Positions 36,236-46,195 of a stretch of 64,000 bases of DNA are shown in pieces. A program made the position numbers and the translations under genes. How positions within the stretch are numbered: position 1 is the first letter of the stretch; each line of letters starts with the position of its first letter. This stretch comes from Rhodobacterales bacterium (lineage in GTDB: Bacteria > Pseudomonadota > Alphaproteobacteria > Rhodobacterales > Rhodobacteraceae): NCBI GenBank assembly GCA_038324445.1, contig JBBQHZ010000003.1, forward strand, positions 2,106 to 66,105. The letters are read 5' to 3'. Below the pieces are notes generated by a model. That model was not told the DNA's origin, searched no databases, and saw nothing but the letters and a program-made list of their open reading frames with translations.

Positions 36236-37024
36236 ATGGCAGTCGTCACTGGGCATTTCGGGGAGTGGGTGCAGGGCCGTCTTGGCCCGGACGGGCCGCT
36301 TGTGCTGGTGACAGTCGCATGTGATGCGCTGCATGTCCGGGCCGATCGGATGGGCGACGGGCCTCTAGCGCTGGAGCAGGCACCCGCGATCTTGCCGCTG
36401 GAACGTGCCGCGCGGTTTCTGGAGCTGATCGGCGCCGCACCGGGGCGGTTCCGGCTTGTCGCCAACATGCCGCCGGGCGGCGGTGCTGGGGCGTCGACCG
36501 CCGCCCTTCTCGCCTTGGCGGAAGCAGCGGGGTGCCATGTGGCCGATCTGGCGCAAAGCTGCGTCGCGGTTGAGGGCGCCAGCGATCCGCTGATGCTGCC
36601 CCGTCCGGACGCAGTCCTGTGGGCCCCCCGCGAGGGGCGAGTGGTGGCGCCCTTACGCCCCCTTCCCTGCGCCGAGATCGTGGCAGGCTTCTGGGGGCCG
36701 CCGATCGCCACCGATCCGGCAGACATGCGGTTTCCCGACGTGGCCGATCTGATCGAGGCTTTGGAGGGCATGACCACGCTCAAGGACCTGGCGGAGATTG
36801 CCACAGCCTCTGCCACCCGCTGCACCGCCTTGCGCGGGCCGCAGGATGATCCGACGGAAGCCTTGGCGATGGACCTCGGCGCTTTGGGGCATCTGCGCGC
36901 CCATACAGGATCGGCGCGGGGGTTGATCTTTATCCCCGGCACTGCCCCGAGCCGGGCCGAGGAAACCCTGCGCGATGCCGGTTTCGCCCAGATCCTGCGG
37001 TTCCGGACCGGAGGCCCGGGGTGA
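36236..37024 (+). CDS. bluE: GHMP kinase, L-threonine kinase
   Basis: GHFGEWVQG, PPGGGAGASTA, AHTGSARG. Confidence 0.8.
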   Translation: MAVVTGHFGEWVQGRLGPDGPLVLVTVACDALHVRADRMGDGPLALEQAPAILPLERAARFLELIGAAPGRFRLVANMPPGGGAGASTAALLALAEAAGCHVADLAQSCVAVEGASDPLMLPRPDAVLWAPREGRVVAPLRPLPCAEIVAGFWGPPIATDPADMRFPDVADLIEALEGMTTLKDLAEIATASATRCTALRGPQDDPTEALAMDLGALGHLRAHTGSARGLIFIPGTAPSRAEETLRDAGFAQILRFRTGGPG

Positions 37025-37971
37025 ATTTTGCCGCGATGATATTGGTGGCTTGCCTGATCGACGCCGCCATCGGCTGGCCAGACGCGCTCTATCGCCGGAT
37101 CGGCCACCCGGTGACATGGATCGGCGCGGTGATAAACGCACTGGAGAGGCGCTGGAACCGGGGCGGCAAAGGGCAGCGACTGGGCCTTGGAGCGGCGACG
37201 GTTGTCGTCACCCTTGCCATCGCTGTTGTCCCCGCGCTGGTGGTTCAACGCGCCTTGCCCGAGACGTGGATCGGCATTCTTTCGGGGGGCGTCATGTGCT
37301 GGCCGCTGATGGCCCTGCGCTCGATGCATGTCCATGTTGCGGCGGTGGCCAAGCCTTTGGCACAGCGCGACGTGCCGGCGGCCAGGCTGGCCGTCTCGAT
37401 GATCGTCGGGCGCGATCCGGCCTTGCTGGATGAGGCGGGCATTGCGCGGGCGGCGCTTGAGAGTCTGGCCGAGAATACCTCGGACGGGATCATTGCGCCG
37501 GTGTTCTGGGGAGCGGTGGCCGGGTTGCCGGGATTGCTGGCCTACAAGGTCATCAACACCCTCGATTCCATGATCGGCCATCGCAACAGCCGATATGAGT
37601 ATTTCGGCAAGGTCGCCGCCCGGATCGATGATCTTGTGAACCTGATCCCCGCCCGCCTGACGGGTCTGTTGTTCGGGCTGGCCTCCGGGCGACTTCGCGC
37701 GGCGGTGCGCGTGATGTTGCGCGATGCGCGCCACCACCGCTCGCTTAATGCGGGCTGGCCCGAGGCGGCGATGGCGGCGGCGCTTGGCGTGCGCCTTTCC
37801 GGTCCGCGCGTCTATGGCGACCGGGTGGCGAACGAGCCATGGTTGAACGCAGGCGCCCCCGATCCGGATGCCACGGCCCTTACGCGCGGCCTTGCGCTCT
37901 ACCGCCGCGCGATGGTTGGTAAGGGCGCGGTTCTGGCGGGCATTGCGGCCATCGTCTGGGCGGCTTTCTGA
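37021..37971 (+). CDS. cobD: Adenosylcobinamide-phosphate synthase (CbiB)
   Basis: ESLAENTSDG, NTLDSMIGH, PARLTG, NAGWPEAA. Confidence 0.95.
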   Translation: MNFAAMILVACLIDAAIGWPDALYRRIGHPVTWIGAVINALERRWNRGGKGQRLGLGAATVVVTLAIAVVPALVVQRALPETWIGILSGGVMCWPLMALRSMHVHVAAVAKPLAQRDVPAARLAVSMIVGRDPALLDEAGIARAALESLAENTSDGIIAPVFWGAVAGLPGLLAYKVINTLDSMIGHRNSRYEYFGKVAARIDDLVNLIPARLTGLLFGLASGRLRAAVRVMLRDARHHRSLNAGWPEAAMAAALGVRLSGPRVYGDRVANEPWLNAGAPDPDATALTRGLALYRRAMVGKGAVLAGIAAIVWAAF

Positions 37972-37983
37972 AGGATCTGCACG

Positions 37984-38949
37984 ATGCGCGATCATGGCGG
38001 CGATCTGGACCGGGCGAAGGTGCGCTTCGGTGGGGACGGCTGGCTTGACCTGTCGACCGGGATCAATCCCGTGCCCTTTCCGCTGCCGCCAATGCCCGCT
38101 GCTGCGTGGAACACCCTGCCCACGGGCGCGGACATGGCCGCGTTGGAGATGGCGGCGCAGTCGGCCTATGGCACCCGCGCCGCCATCGTCGCGACAGCCG
38201 GCGCGCAGGCGGCGATCCAGGTGGTGCCGCGCCTGAGCGTGCCGGGGCGGGCTTGCGTGGTTGGCCCAACCTATAACGAGCACGCGGCTGCGCTGGCGGC
38301 GCAGGGATGGTCGGTGGCGCAGGTGCAGACAATCGAGGACGCGGAAGGCGCCGATCTGGCCGTCGTGGTGAACCCCAACAACCCGGACGGTCGGCAATGG
38401 CATCCCGAGGCGCTGCTTGCTGTGCGCGACCGGGTGGGGCTTTTGATTGTAGACGAGAGTTTTGCCGATCCTGAACAGCACCTGTCACTTTGCCCGATGG
38501 TCCATCGGGAGGAGGATCGCCTGATCATTCTGCGATCCTTCGGAAAGTTCTACGGGTTGGCAGGTTTGCGGCTTGGCTTCATCGTCTCTGGCGAGGCGAT
38601 TGCGGATCATGTGAGGGCGTTGGTGGGGCCATGGGCCGTCAGCGGCCCGGCGATCGTGGCGGGCACGGCCGCGCTGACCGATAGGGAATGGCATGCGCAG
38701 ACCTGCCATCGGCTGATCCAGGATGCGGCGCGATTGGATAAGTTGGCGCAAGCGACGGGGTGGCGGATTGTGGGTGGGACGACCCTGTTTCGGACCTATG
38801 ACACCGGCGATGCCGGAAGGGCGCAGGAGCAGCTGGCGAGGGGGCGCGTCTGGTCGCGGATATTCCCCTATTCCGACAGCTGGCTGCGCCTTGGTCTGCC
38901 GGGAACCGAGGCAGACTGGGCGCAGCTATCCTCGGCGTTGGCGGGCTGA
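37984..38949 (+). CDS. cobC: Threonine-phosphate decarboxylase
   Basis: HGGDL, DLSTGINP, NPNNPDG, RSFGKFYGLAG (P. denitrificans naming). Confidence 0.92.
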   Translation: MRDHGGDLDRAKVRFGGDGWLDLSTGINPVPFPLPPMPAAAWNTLPTGADMAALEMAAQSAYGTRAAIVATAGAQAAIQVVPRLSVPGRACVVGPTYNEHAAALAAQGWSVAQVQTIEDAEGADLAVVVNPNNPDGRQWHPEALLAVRDRVGLLIVDESFADPEQHLSLCPMVHREEDRLIILRSFGKFYGLAGLRLGFIVSGEAIADHVRALVGPWAVSGPAIVAGTAALTDREWHAQTCHRLIQDAARLDKLAQATGWRIVGGTTLFRTYDTGDAGRAQEQLARGRVWSRIFPYSDSWLRLGLPGTEADWAQLSSALAG

Positions 38950-38959
38950 GCCGCGGCCC

Positions 38960-40405
38960 TTAGCGCGCCACCGCCAGCAGGCCGTCGACGTCCACATGCG
39001 CTTCCAGATGATCGGCGAGTGCGTCGAGCGTCGCCTCGACCCCGGCGTCATACCCGCCGTGGGAGACCACACCAAACCCTGCCAGCCAAGCGGCGCGGAA
39101 GGCATCGTCGCGGAACATGCCGTGCAGATAGCTTCCCTGCACGCGGCCATCGACGCTGATCGCACCTTCGGCCTCGCCGCCGAGATGGGCAAAGGGCCGA
39201 GCCCGGTCGGGACCGTCACTTTGGCCGATATGAATCTCGTAGCCGCGAAACGGCACTTGGGTCGCGGCATGGGTGGCGGCAACCTCGGTCAATCGCTTGT
39301 CGGGCGTCATCACGGTGTCGATGTCCAGCATCCCAAGCCCGGCATCCGTCCCCGCCGCCCCTTCGATCCCCAGCGGATCGGCGACCGAGCGGCCCAGCAT
39401 CTGAAAGCCTCCGCAAATCCCCAAGACATGCCCGCCGCGCCGCCGATGGGCGGCAAGGTCGATATCCCAGCCCTGCGCGCGCAGGAACGCCAGATCGCCC
39501 CGTGTCGATTTGCTGCCCGGCAGGATCACCAGATCGGCGTCGCCGGGAATCGGCTGGCCCGCCGCCAGCATCGTCAGCCGCACACCGGGTTCCTGCGCCA
39601 GCGGGTCGAGATCGTCGAAATTCGCGATCCGGGACAGGCGCAGGCAGACGATGTGCAGGCCGTCTTCGCGACGCGTCGTTGAAATATCCAGCGCATCTTC
39701 TGCCGGCAATCGCCACGCCTCACCGAACCACGGAACCACGCCGAACCCGCGCCATCCGGTATGCTGTTCGATTAACTTGTAGCCATCTTCGAAAAGGCTT
39801 GGATCGCCCCGAAACTTGTTGATCAGGAAACCTTGGATCAGCGCGGCATCCTCAGGGGCGATCACCGCTTGGGTCCCCACGATCTGCGCGATCACCCCGC
39901 CCCGGTCGATGTCGCCGCACAAGATCACCGGCACGTCCGCCGCGCGGGCAAAGCCCATATTGGCGATGTCGCCCGGGCGCAGGTTGACCTCTGCCGGACT
40001 GCCCGCGCCTTCGACAATCACCAGATCATGGATCGCGCGCAGGCGGTGGAAGCTTTCCAGCACCTTCTCGAGCAACTGCGGCTTGAGCTTGATGTAGTCC
40101 CGCGCCCGGGCCGTCGCAAAGCGCTTGCCCTGCACGATCACCTGCGAGCCGGTATCGGATTCCGGCTTGAGCAGCACCGGGTTCATGTCGGTATGCGGCG
40201 CCAGCCCGCAGGCAAGGGCCTGCAACGCTTGCGCGCGCCCGATCTCGCCGCCGTCGGACGTGACGGCGGCATTGTTGGACATGTTCTGCGGCTTGAACGG
40301 TGCGACGGATAGCCCGCGCCGCGTCATCGCGCGGGCGAGGCCCGCGACCAGAACCGACTTGCCCACGTTCGAGCCGGTGCCCTGAATCATGATCGCTCGC
40401 GCCAC
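38960..40405 (-). CDS. cobQ: Cobyric acid synthase
   Basis: [33 protein letters not shown]. Confidence 0.96.
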   Translation of the reverse strand: MARAIMIQGTGSNVGKSVLVAGLARAMTRRGLSVAPFKPQNMSNNAAVTSDGGEIGRAQALQALACGLAPHTDMNPVLLKPESDTGSQVIVQGKRFATARARDYIKLKPQLLEKVLESFHRLRAIHDLVIVEGAGSPAEVNLRPGDIANMGFARAADVPVILCGDIDRGGVIAQIVGTQAVIAPEDAALIQGFLINKFRGDPSLFEDGYKLIEQHTGWRGFGVVPWFGEAWRLPAEDALDISTTRREDGLHIVCLRLSRIANFDDLDPLAQEPGVRLTMLAAGQPIPGDADLVILPGSKSTRGDLAFLRAQGWDIDLAAHRRRGGHVLGICGGFQMLGRSVADPLGIEGAAGTDAGLGMLDIDTVMTPDKRLTEVAATHAATQVPFRGYEIHIGQSDGPDRARPFAHLGGEAEGAISVDGRVQGSYLHGMFRDDAFRAAWLAGFGVVSHGGYDAGVEATLDALADHLEAHVDVDGLLAVAR

Positions 40406-40416
40406 GGGATGGGTCC

Positions 40417-41028
40417 TCAGAACTCGATACCCTTCTGCGCCTTCACCCCGTCGCGAAAGGGATGCTTCAACAGCGTCATCTCGGTCACCAGATCCGCCGC
40501 CTCGATCAATTCGGGCTTGGCGTTGCGCCCGGTGAGGCAGACATGGGTCATGACGGGCTTCTGGTTCAGCAGGAAATCGACCACCTCGTCGATATCCAGA
40601 TAATCATAGCGCAACGCGATGTTGATCTCGTCTAGCAGCACGAACTGGATCTGCGGATCAAGAATTTGTTCCTTGGCAATCCGCCACCCGTTCTGCGCCG
40701 CTGCGATATCGCGTTCACGGTCCTGGGTTTCCCAGGTAAACCCCTCTCCAGACACGAAGAACCGGCATTCCTCGGCAAAACGGTCGCGCAGGAACGTCTT
40801 TTCGCCCGTCTCCCAATTGCCCTTGATGAACTGCACCACGGCACAGGGCATCTGGTGCGCGATGCAGCGCATGATCATCCCGAACCCAGACGAGGACTTG
40901 CCCTTGCCCGCCCCGGTATGGACCATGATCAGGCCCTTTTCCTCGGTCTTGGTCTCCATCATCTTGTCGCGCGCGACCTTGATCTTGCGCATCTTGTCGG
41001 TGTGGCGGGTGTTGATGTCGTCGCTCAT
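40417..41028 (-). CDS. cobO: Cob(I)yrinic acid a,c-diamide adenosyltransferase
   Basis: [29 protein letters not shown]. Confidence 0.96.
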   Translation of the reverse strand: MSDDINTRHTDKMRKIKVARDKMMETKTEEKGLIMVHTGAGKGKSSSGFGMIMRCIAHQMPCAVVQFIKGNWETGEKTFLRDRFAEECRFFVSGEGFTWETQDRERDIAAAQNGWRIAKEQILDPQIQFVLLDEINIALRYDYLDIDEVVDFLLNQKPVMTHVCLTGRNAKPELIEAADLVTEMTLLKHPFRDGVKAQKGIEF

Positions 41029-41043
41029 GCGGCGCTCCTCATG

Positions 41044-41073
41044 CTTGACAAGGTGGGAAATAGCGGCGCATCT
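41044..41073 (+). promoter_or_regulatory. Candidate sigma70 promoter for the riboswitch-led cob operon
   Basis: CTTGACA then GCATCT; predicted start about 41080, where the riboswitch begins. Confidence 0.5.
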
Positions 41074-41081
41074 GGCCGCGT

Positions 41082-41275
41082 GTTGGTGCCTGTGTAAACA
41101 GGTGAAAAGGGAATGTGCAGCCTCTGATTACAGGAGGCCAAGCGCAGCCGCCCCCGCGACCGTGACCGGAAAGGTCGCCCCGATCGCCACTGGCCAATGC
41201 CGGGAAGGCGGGGTGCCCGCAGGCTGATCCGCTTGGGTTCATGCCGATATCCGCAAGCCGGGAGACCTGCCAGCA
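41082..41275 (+). ncRNA. Cobalamin riboswitch upstream of the DUF1636-cobW-cobN operon
   Basis: GGTGCC..AAAAGGGAATGTG..GCCCCCGCGACCGTGA..GCCACTG..CCGGGAAGGC..AAGCCGGGAGACCTGCC. Confidence 0.95.
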
Positions 41276-41407
41276 CGGCGCGTTCCGCACGGAATGCGCC
41301 TGAACGAATGACGAAACCGGACGGGGTGTTCTGGTGTCGGGAAAGCGGCCCTTGCAACGGGCAGCGCCCCGTATCCGCCCGTCTCCCTGCCGATGGGACC
41401 ACGACAG

Positions 41408-41824
41408 ATGACGCTTGCAGAGGCCCCCATGGTGCCGGAAACGACCGAGCTTCTTGTCTGCGTCAAGTGCAAGCGTGGGCAGGAAATCCCCGATGACGAC
41501 CGCCGCCCCGGCCAGCGCCTTTACGATGACCTCAGCGCGCGCGACCTGCCGCCGGGCATCCGCCTGCGGGCTGTGGAGTGCCTGCAGAATTGCGACCACG
41601 GCTGCACCGTGGCCCTGCGCGGTGGCAATCGTTGGACCTATGTTTACGGAAACGTCGACGAAGCGTCGCATCCGGACGTGATCCTTGACGGCCTGATCCG
41701 CTATCACGCCACAGTTGATGGACTGATCCCGTGGCGCGAACGCCCGGAGCACTTCAAACGCAACTGCATCGCCCGCATTCCCCCCAAAACCTTCGCAGAC
41801 CCCCTTGAGGAGGCCGCAAAATGA
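41408..41824 (+). CDS. DUF1636-like metal-binding protein
   Basis: CVKC ... VECLQNC, WTYVYG, IARIPP. Confidence 0.85.
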   Translation: MTLAEAPMVPETTELLVCVKCKRGQEIPDDDRRPGQRLYDDLSARDLPPGIRLRAVECLQNCDHGCTVALRGGNRWTYVYGNVDEASHPDVILDGLIRYHATVDGLIPWRERPEHFKRNCIARIPPKTFADPLEEAAK

Positions 41825-42879
41825 CCGATCTGACCAAACTTCCCGTGACCGTTATCACCGGCTTTCTGGGTTCTGGCAAAACCACGCTGATCCGGCACCT
41901 GATGCAGAACCCCGGCGGCAGGCGGCTGGCGGTTGTGGTCAACGAGTTCGGCGATGTCGGGGTGGATGGAGAGATCCTGAAGGGCTGCGCGATCCCCGAA
42001 TGCCCGATCGAAAACATCGTCGAGCTGGCCAATGGCTGCATCTGCTGCACCGTGGCCGATGATTTCATTCCGACGATCGAGGCGCTGATGGCGCTGAACC
42101 CGCGCCCCGATCACATCCTGATCGAAACCTCCGGGCTGGCATTGCCCAAGCCCCTGCTGAAGGCCTTCGAATGGCCTGCAATCCGCTCGAAAATCACCGT
42201 CGATGGGGTGATCGCGCTTGCCGATGCCGAAGCAGTTGCCGCAGGCCGCTTTGCCCCCGATCTGGCGCGGGTCGAGGCGCAGCGGCTGGCCGATGACAGC
42301 ATCGACCACGAAACGCCCCTGTCCGAGGTGTTCGAGGATCAGATCGCCTGCGCCGACATCATCCTGCTGACCAAGACCGATCTGGCCGGTCCCGAGGGCG
42401 TCGCCAAAGCCCGCGCCGTCATCGCCGCCGAAACGCCCCGTCCGCTGCCTGTCGTCGTGGTCTGCGAAGGCGTCATCGACCCACGCATCATTCTGGGCCT
42501 TCAGGCCGCCGCCGAGGATGACCTCGACGCACGCCCCAGCCACCATGACGGCCATGATGATCACGACCACGAGGATTTCGACAGCATCGTGGTGGATATC
42601 CCCGAACTGACCGACCCCGAGCATCTGGTGCGCGCCATCGAGGCGCTTGCCCGCGACCACAACATCCTGCGGATCAAGGGCTATGCCTCGGTCGCGGGCA
42701 AGCCGATGCGCCTGCTGGTGCAGGCCGTCGGCGCGCGGGTCCGGCATCAGTTCGACCGTCCGTGGCAGGCGGGCGAGACGCGTCAGGGCAGGCTGGTGGT
42801 GATCGCCGAGCATGACGATATCCAGCCCGCCCTGATCCACGCGGCGCTTGGTGTGACGCAGGCGGCAGCCGCCGAATAG
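41821..42879 (+). CDS. cobW: Cobalamin biosynthesis GTPase CobW
   Basis: GFLGSGKTT, NGCICC, ETSG, His-rich HHDGHDDHDH. Confidence 0.95.
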   Translation: MTDLTKLPVTVITGFLGSGKTTLIRHLMQNPGGRRLAVVVNEFGDVGVDGEILKGCAIPECPIENIVELANGCICCTVADDFIPTIEALMALNPRPDHILIETSGLALPKPLLKAFEWPAIRSKITVDGVIALADAEAVAAGRFAPDLARVEAQRLADDSIDHETPLSEVFEDQIACADIILLTKTDLAGPEGVAKARAVIAAETPRPLPVVVVCEGVIDPRIILGLQAAAEDDLDARPSHHDGHDDHDHEDFDSIVVDIPELTDPEHLVRAIEALARDHNILRIKGYASVAGKPMRLLVQAVGARVRHQFDRPWQAGETRQGRLVVIAEHDDIQPALIHAALGVTQAAAAE

Positions 42880-42901
42880 CGCAAGGGCGGGGCGCCTCGA
42901 C

Positions 42902-45900
42902 ATGCACGTCATCTTTCGCGAAAGCCACGGGCTGGAGGAAAGCGAGACCCCGACCGATCTGGGCCAAAGCCCGGCGGATCTGGTGGTTCTGTCGTTCTCC
43001 GACAGCGACCTCGGGGCCTTTGCGGAAGGCTGGCATCGGGGCGGCGGCACGGCAGGCGGTTTGCCGACGCTGCGGCTTGCGAACCTTGTGGCGCTGAAGC
43101 ATCCGCTGTCGGTCGACACCTATGTCGAACAGACGCTCGCTGGTGCCAAGGGCATCGTGATACGCCTGATCGGCGGGGTGCCCTACTGGGCCTACGGCTT
43201 GCAGCAGGTGAAGGCGTTGGCTCAGCGCAATCAGATTGCCTTGGCCGTCCTGCCGGCCGATGGCCGTCCCGATCCGCGTCTCGACGCGTTTTCCACGCTA
43301 CCCGTCTCCACTCTGCGCCGGTTGCAGCATCTGTGCGACAATGGCGGGGCCGTGGCGGCCCATGCGGCACTTGCGCAACTGGCATTGGCTGCGGGGCTTT
43401 ACGCACGCCCTGTGGCTGGCTCGAAGGTGCTGCCGATGGTGGGCGCGTGGACGCCCGAGAATGGCGTGACCTGTCCGGTCTTTGCCCTGACGCCCAGCGA
43501 CAGGCCACGCGTCCTCATCACGTTCTACCGGTCCTATCTGGTCGCTGCCGACCTTGACCCGATCAGGGCGTTGATCCACGCGTTCGAGGCGCGGGGATAC
43601 GACACGTTGGCGCTGTTCGCGCCGTCGCTCAAAGCGCCGGACGCGGCAGGCTGGTTGCGGCGGCAGGTGGCGCATTACGCGCCGCAAGCGGTGGTGAACG
43701 CCACGGCGTTCAGCGGCAAGGGCGACGATGGCACCTCGCCGCTCGATGCCGCCAATGTCCCGGTATTCCAGGTGGCGCTTGCCACCTCTACCCGCGCTGC
43801 ATGGGCCGAGGCGGATCGCGGCCTCTCCCCCACCGATCTGGCGATGCATGTGGTGTTGCCCGAGGTCGATGGCCGGATCATGGGCGGGGTCGCGTCGTTC
43901 AAGGAAGCGGGCGTGAGCGACCCGGATCTGCAGTTCGCCCGCTACGGCCACCGGGCCGATGGCCCCCGGATCGAGGCCATTGCCGCGCGGGTGCATGGCT
44001 GGCTTCGCATGGCCGCCTCCCCTGTCGCCGAGCGCCGCCCGGCGCTGGTGCTGTCGACTTATCCCGGCAAGGACTGGAACATCGGCCACGCCGTGGGCCT
44101 TGATGCGCCCGCCTCGGCCCGCGCCATCCTCGACGATCTGCGCGGCGCGGACTATGCGATCCCGGAAGCTGCCCGACCGTTGGAACACGCCCTTCTGGCG
44201 CGCGACGTCACGTGGCCCCTGGACGCCTACAAGGCCGCCCTCGCCACCCTGCCGCAATCCCTGCGCGATGACCTGACCGCCGCATGGGGCGCGCCCGAGG
44301 ATGACGCGGACGCCAAGGATGGCCATCTCCATTTCGCCGCGCTCCGGCTTGGCCAAGCCACGATCGCCCTGCAACCCGAACGCGGCACGCCCAGAACCCG
44401 CGACGACGACTATCACGACCTGTCCCGCACGCCGCGCCACGGCTACGTTGCCTTCTATCTCTGGCTGCAGACCCATGCCGACGCGCTGATCCATATCGGC
44501 GCGCATGGCACCCTCGAATGGCTGCCGGGCAAATCCGTCGCGCTGTCGGGCGCTTGCTGGCCGGAAGTGCTGACCGGTGCCCTGCCCGTCATCTACCCGT
44601 TCATTGTCAACGATCCCGGCGAAGCGGCGCAGGCCAAGCGCCGTATCGGTGCGGTCACGCTGGGTCACATTCCGCCCCCCCTGCGCACCAGCGGCACGCC
44701 CGAGCGTCTGACCCGGCTGGAGGCGTTGCTCGACGAATTCTCCAACGCCGATGGCCTCGACCCACGCCGTCGCGACCGCCTGCAGGCCGACATCCGCGCC
44801 GAGGCGCAGGCGCTGGGGGTGGAGGGCGATCTGGGCCTCGATCTTGCCAGCAGCAGTGCCGAGGCGATCACCCGGATCGATCGCTTTGTGTGCGACGTGA
44901 AGGAAAGCCAGTTCGGCGAGGGGCTTCATATCTGGGGCCGCCCGGCGCGCGCCGGTGCCGGTTTCGACACAAAACCCTCGACCGACGCCGAGAGGCTGTC
45001 GCTACTCGATGCGCTGGACGGACGCCGGATCGCCGCCGGCCCGTCGGGGTCGCCCTATCGCGGCAGGACCGACGTGATGCCGACCGGGCGCAACATGTTC
45101 ACCACTGATCCGAGGTCCGTCCCCACCCGCGCGGCTTACGCGCAGGGGGCGGTTCTGGCGCGGGAACTTGTGCGCCGCCATCTGCAGGACGAAGGCGATT
45201 GGCCGCGCGGATTGATCGTTGACCTGTGGGGCTCGGCGACGATGCGCACGGCGGGCGAGGAATTTGCCATGGCGCTGTCTTTGCTAGGCGTGCGTCCAAC
45301 GTGGGACGCCGGATCGGAGCGGGTTTCGGGCATCGAAGTGGTGCCGATAGCCGAGCTGGATCGCCCCCGCATCGACGTGACGCTGCGTGTCTCGGGCCTG
45401 TTCCGCGACGTGTTCCCGACGCTGTCGACGCTTTTTGGTCAGGCGATCCGGGCGCTTGCCGCCCGCGACGAGGCACCTGACTGGAACCCCTATGCGGGCC
45501 GGTCCGACCTTGCGCGCGTCTACGGCCCCGCTCCGGGCAGCTTCGGCCTCGGCATGGGGGCCGCGTTGGAGGACTTCTCCGAGGAAGGCCGTCGCGCGGC
45601 AGGTGCTGCGTGGCTGACGGCGTCTGCATGGGCGCTTGATGGTGACGCGGCAGTTCGGGACGATCAAGGCATCAAGGCCCGCGTGGCCGAGGCCGACAGT
45701 TTCGTTCACCTGCAGGATCTGCCGGAAACCGACCTGCTGCTGGCCTCTGACTATGCCGCACACGAGGCGGGATTTGCCGCGGCCCAGGCCCTGACGGGGG
45801 GTAAGGCCGCGCTCTACCACCTTGACAATACCGATCCCGCGCGCCCCCGCGCCCGCGCCCTTCCCGAGGAAATCGCGCGCGTTGTGCAAGCGCGCGCCGC

Positions 45901-46195
45901 CAACCCCGCCTGGATCGCGGGCATGCGCGACCATGGCTTTCGCGGGGCGGCCGAGATTGCCCTGACGCTTGATCACATGGCGTCCTTTGCGCATCTGGCC
46001 GGCGCCGTGGCGCCGCATCTTTTCGACCTCTACCACGACGCGACCCTTGGCGATCCTGTAACCGAGGCCTTCATGCAGGACGTCAACCCGGAGGCGCTTG
46101 CCGCCATGCGGGCCCGGTTCGCCGCCCTTCTGGACGCTGGCCTGTGGCAGACCCGCCGGAACTCGGTTCTGGCCGGGCTGGAGGCGCGGGTATGA
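42902..46195 (+). CDS. cobN: Cobaltochelatase subunit CobN
   Basis: HIGAHGTLEWLPGK, NDPGEAAQAKRR, PTGRN, RIDVTLRVSGLFRD. Confidence 0.96.
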   Translation: MHVIFRESHGLEESETPTDLGQSPADLVVLSFSDSDLGAFAEGWHRGGGTAGGLPTLRLANLVALKHPLSVDTYVEQTLAGAKGIVIRLIGGVPYWAYGLQQVKALAQRNQIALAVLPADGRPDPRLDAFSTLPVSTLRRLQHLCDNGGAVAAHAALAQLALAAGLYARPVAGSKVLPMVGAWTPENGVTCPVFALTPSDRPRVLITFYRSYLVAADLDPIRALIHAFEARGYDTLALFAPSLKAPDAAGWLRRQVAHYAPQAVVNATAFSGKGDDGTSPLDAANVPVFQVALATSTRAAWAEADRGLSPTDLAMHVVLPEVDGRIMGGVASFKEAGVSDPDLQFARYGHRADGPRIEAIAARVHGWLRMAASPVAERRPALVLSTYPGKDWNIGHAVGLDAPASARAILDDLRGADYAIPEAARPLEHALLARDVTWPLDAYKAALATLPQSLRDDLTAAWGAPEDDADAKDGHLHFAALRLGQATIALQPERGTPRTRDDDYHDLSRTPRHGYVAFYLWLQTHADALIHIGAHGTLEWLPGKSVALSGACWPEVLTGALPVIYPFIVNDPGEAAQAKRRIGAVTLGHIPPPLRTSGTPERLTRLEALLDEFSNADGLDPRRRDRLQADIRAEAQALGVEGDLGLDLASSSAEAITRIDRFVCDVKESQFGEGLHIWGRPARAGAGFDTKPSTDAERLSLLDALDGRRIAAGPSGSPYRGRTDVMPTGRNMFTTDPRSVPTRAAYAQGAVLARELVRRHLQDEGDWPRGLIVDLWGSATMRTAGEEFAMALSLLGVRPTWDAGSERVSGIEVVPIAELDRPRIDVTLRVSGLFRDVFPTLSTLFGQAIRALAARDEAPDWNPYAGRSDLARVYGPAPGSFGLGMGAALEDFSEEGRRAAGAAWLTASAWALDGDAAVRDDQGIKARVAEADSFVHLQDLPETDLLLASDYAAHEAGFAAAQALTGGKAALYHLDNTDPARPRARALPEEIARVVQARAANPAWIAGMRDHGFRGAAEIALTLDHMASFAHLAGAVAPHLFDLYHDATLGDPVTEAFMQDVNPEALAAMRARFAALLDAGLWQTRRNSVLAGLEARV

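Noticed and set aside
36220-38481. 753-aa minus-strand ORF
   Set aside because: Shadow of bluE-cobD-cobC; Arg/Ala/Pro-rich with no domain signal
42902-46195. CobN short and chelatase partners CobS/CobT, bluB, btuB missing
   Set aside because: Length fits intact Rhodobacterales CobN; those genes are commonly elsewhere in the genome
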